This document shows, in pieces, positions 37,213 through 64,000 of a DNA stretch of 64,000 nt (its first letter is position 1; each line of letters opens with the position of its first letter). This DNA is from Macrostomum lignano. Lineage: Eukaryota. Position numbers and translations under genes: made by a program. Under the pieces are notes generated by a model. That model ran no database searches, was not told where the DNA came from, and saw nothing but the letters and a program-made list of their open reading frames with translations. The DNA lies in contig NIVC01001149.1 in assembly GCA_002269645.1 (NCBI GenBank), positions 248,001-312,000 on the forward strand. The letters are read 5' to 3'.

Positions 37213-39913
37213 TTCTAGAATTTTATTTGTACTTTTCAGACTGATGACTGATCGCAAAACCCTATAGATTTAGCCAGAGTTGTTAAAATTAATTGCCTCC
37301 TTTCAGCAATTAATCTCCGCCTGCTGCTTAACCCGTAATATAGTTACGAAGAATAAATGCGCAGTACTAAAGGCAAGGCCGCATGGACTTTTGCACTGCG
37401 CAGTTCAATGACGAACTAGTCGATGCATTGTCATCACAGAGGGTCTCGGGTTTCCAATAGTCTGTCCAGACACAGATGCTATAGCTGATATACCTTTTGC
37501 CTGAACTATGATCTCTCATGGCCCAAAACTTTTGTCGTCAAAAGGATGCATTTAGGAATCGAATCTTGGGAGATCTAGAAGCTAATTCTGTGTAGATCGT
37601 TACTTCTGAATATGAGTTGAGCCTGCAGTTCGACTTTCTTGCTGGCTCAGGTTTCCATAGCTATCATCAGTTAGAAGCTGGTGACTGATTGCTGCGAATG
37701 TAGAAACTGAAACATTACACTCCTGTACAGGCGGAGTGCTGCTGCAGTGGTGTCGAAAGGTTGAGACGTGCGAAAGAATCCCTTCGGGCTCAGCTGTAGC
37801 GTGAGAAAGCATTTTATTTGCTTTCCAGAGGTCTTCTGTCTGCATGCACTTTGCACTGATCTGCACTGCATCACTTGGGGGCTCTTGTACCGATTTTGCT
37901 TGTCCTCAGCTGGTGCAGTGCAAGTTCGAAAATTCCTGTCGAAATATTGCTTCCATAAAAGCCCGATTAGCTGCGCAAAAACTGCTTTGAAATCTTGCTT
38001 TCTGTCAGTTGAATACCTGCTTTTTGTGGCAGAAGTGCTGGGGCTCGTTTCGTAGAATTCCTACAGAGCAGACTTCGTTCCTATTGTAAGAAAATCATTC
38101 GCACAAGAAGCATGCATGAGCTTTCTTTCTCTTGGGGTTACAACAAGTGAGTGGTGACTTTCCAATTTTCCTTGACCGCGCCTGCCATCTGTCCGGGGTT
38201 GTCTTCTTCATTTCCGGACAAGCTTTTAAATTCGGTGCATTATGCAAATTCTTGCGATTAAAGTACAACGTTGCGTGAGGCCTTCATTGTAAAATGAAGG
38301 AATTCCTTGTCTGAGCTGGCATGGCAAAGCTGCATGCCCTGATTTGAGTAGCAAAGTTATAGTAGCGATATTTAATAATGTAACGAGTCATGCGAATTTA
38401 AAGCACTGACCGACTGTCAATCTGAGCGCTTCTCAGTACTTCAAGTATTTACCCACCGTTGCGCAATGACAACCGACGGATGGATACAACAGAAAGCCAA
38501 ACCAAAGTGCAACAAAGACAGTAAATGGCTGCTACTCGAAATGACTTGTGATGCAATTGACTTGGTTTTTGGTAAATATACAGTATGAAGTGGCAATCTG
38601 CAGCCGGATTCGGCTTTCTGCCACCTGACCTGAATGTGTCGCACTTTAACTGAGTTATTCGCACTTGAGTTGGCTGATTTGCTACGTGACCGGAAGAACC
38701 ATATAAAGTGAATATCTGGACGCGCTTTTTGCCCTCCTCGATGTACATCGTCGAGTTTATTTGGTAACAAAAAAGAAGTGACCGTGCAAGAGAGCCTGGG
38801 TACAGGTGGTTTTCTTGGTTTTCCCCCACTTGGATCACCAGAGCAGTTGATTTGGTGAACGACACCAGGGCACTGAGCATGAGGTTTGTGCGTGGGGTAT
38901 TTGCATACGACGTATTTTGGTCTTGCTTGGTAGAGTCTGATCGCCCTGTGTCACTCTCCGACAAATGAATTCAAGGCACAATGAATAACTAATTAATTAA
39001 TTAACTGCCTTAAAATTAAGATCAAATATCGAAGATCATGAAATATTCATTACCCTGATGCGATTCCTTGACGATATTTATTATACGCTCATCAATTTGT
39101 GAATTTATTGTATCTAAAAAATAAACAAAATTAATTGTCTGCTGGGCTGGAGAAGGTCCCAGTGTCAAATGAGGTGCCCGTGTGTAGAGCGGGTTTATGG
39201 CGCAAATTTGAATTTTTTGCTAGCTACTGCTAGTAATACGTTGCACAATGTTTTTACTTGCATTTTCACCCTTTTCTGGGATAAATGTACGTCTCAGTTT
39301 TATGGATAACATGAGTACACACTAGTGATGCTAATAATAAATCACATGACTAATAACTCAGGTTTAAAATCGTTTCAACAATTACAGTAAACAGCAATAT
39401 AGTTGCTTTATATAGCGAAAAAATCACATAACAATTTCAAGAAATAAGTATTATCGCAGAATTTACAGCATGCCATGCCGAAACGTTAACAATCCATTAC
39501 AGACGATTCATTGAAGCAAAATATAATAATTTGATCACTCAGTAGTCAGGTTAAGCAAATTTGTATCTGTAATCGTTTTTCAGATATAAAATGTACATAC
39601 AGTTTTTATTGAATACTCAAAAACATTGGCGGACACTGAGCAGCAAAAAATCCAGTTAGTGAGAAGCCAACAGAGCAAAACAGGGACTGTATGTACTGAT
39701 ACTCGACCAAGATCTATCGAAAACATGTTTTTAGTCTGCACAGACCATGCGATCTTAATGCCATATACTCTGGAAGCAATTGAGAAACTTTAGAGTTCGT
39801 AAGTAAAAAAATAATAACCGCGAACTCTTAGATAGAATTTTCAAATGGCATTTCAGCCTCTTACCCCTGCCTTCATCTTCGAAAAATTGTGTAAATCCTC
39901 AAGAAAGTCGAGC

Positions 39914-62890
<22,977 letters not shown>

Positions 62891-62924
62891 CTTTGGGTGG
62901 TGGAAAAGTGTTGGTGGCATTGGT

Positions 62925-63422
62925 TTAAGACGCTTTGGTGTGATCAGAGACGCTTTGGTGTGGTCAGAGATGTTTTGGTGTGGTCAGAGACGCTTTGGTG
63001 TGGTCATAGATGTTTTGGCGTTGCCAGAGGGGTTTTGGTGTGGTCAGAGACGCTTTGTGTGGTCAGAGATGTTTTCGTGTGGTTAGAGACGCTTTGGTGT
63101 GGTCAGAGACGCTTTGGTGTGGTCAGAGACGTTTTGGTGTGGTCAGAGATGTTTTGGTGTGGTCAGAGACGTTTTGGTGTGGTCAGAGATGTTTTGGTGT
63201 GGTCAGAGACGCTCTGGTGTGGTCAGAGATGTTTTGGTGTGGTCAGAGACGTTTTTGTTGTAATTTATCAGAGACGCTTTGGTGTGGTCAGAGAGACGCT
63301 TTGGTGTGGTCAGAGATGTTTTGGTGTGGTCAGAGACGCTTTGGTGTTGTCAGAGACGCTTTGGTGTGGTCAGAGACGTTTTAGTGTGGTCAGAGACATT
63401 TTGGTGTGGTCAGAGATGTTTT
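62925..63422. repeat. 20-bp minisatellite (GTGTGGTCAGAGACGCTTTG)n
   Basis: Tandem units upstream of the DEG/ENaC TM1 exon. Confidence 0.94.
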
Positions 63423-64000
63423 GATATGACTATGAATTGATGTGACCAGGACACTTGTCGCTGCGAGCTATAAATAAAGTTGATTTTGTGTGTTATGTAA
63501 TCATAGATACGGGCTTCGTATCGATGGATGTCTGCTTCTCTATCAATAAATGAGCTGAATGATGGCTGATTGCACGAAAGCACTGCAAACACGGGGATAA
63601 ATTCGCATTCAGAAGAAACGACCCATCTAAAAAAGAGGAGTGGTAGCGGCTAGGATCGGGAGAAGGATACTGACGTACGCGCTCTGGCTCTTTCGTGACA
63701 CCCCGACTCCGCAAGCAGGTCGAGTCAGATTCCATTTCCTGTTCCATTGTCAACAGTGGCATGACAGCGTTGCCCCCTTGCCCTGATTAACTCTTTCCTC
63801 TCAGCCCAGCAGCTCCAGTCTCTACAGCAGCTCTGAGACACCCAAGCCGTTTCCCTTCTTCTCTCCGTCCCTTTCAATGGTTTTCTCTATCCGATCGAGT
63901 TTTTATGCATCGAAAAGCAGCAGTCAATGCTTACTGCCAGCGTGCACTATCTTCAGTACACCGATGGAAGCAGGAAATCTCAGTACGGATTCACGGGACT

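Noticed and set aside
63410-63762. First coding exon(s) of the DEG/ENaC-like gene
   Set aside because: Plausible, but there is no HG motif and I found no unambiguous donor/acceptor pair, so no model is proposed.

Overview
Eukaryotic, intron-rich animal genomic DNA. GC3-rich exons with poly-Ala tracts and introns packed with mini- and microsatellites suggest a flatworm such as Macrostomum, but the species is an inference only. Five spliced protein-coding genes can be assembled by hand from GT-AG junctions: ARL3 (-, 182 aa), UNC50 (+, 286 aa), a short delta-related tubulin that best fits zeta-tubulin (+, 375 aa), a LIV-1 subfamily ZIP/SLC39A zinc transporter (+, 662 aa), and a ~23-kb minus-strand DEG/ENaC-like gene whose 5' end is unresolved. 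A young single-ORF Ty3/Gypsy (Mag-like) LTR retrotransposon lies between ARL3 and UNC50. The window also has a Harbinger-type MITE, tRNA/CORE-like SINE copies and more than 25 tandem repeats, which explain most long ORFs in the supplied track. The most unusual object is the DEG/ENaC-like gene: it has a ~330-aa insert where the family's short knuckle should be, apparent loss of the GxS selectivity filter, a candidate 12-nt microexon, and a 31-nt exon that would switch the reading frame of the last exon. Also notable are minisatellites that multiply real splice junctions. All exon models are manual and need RNA-seq confirmation.
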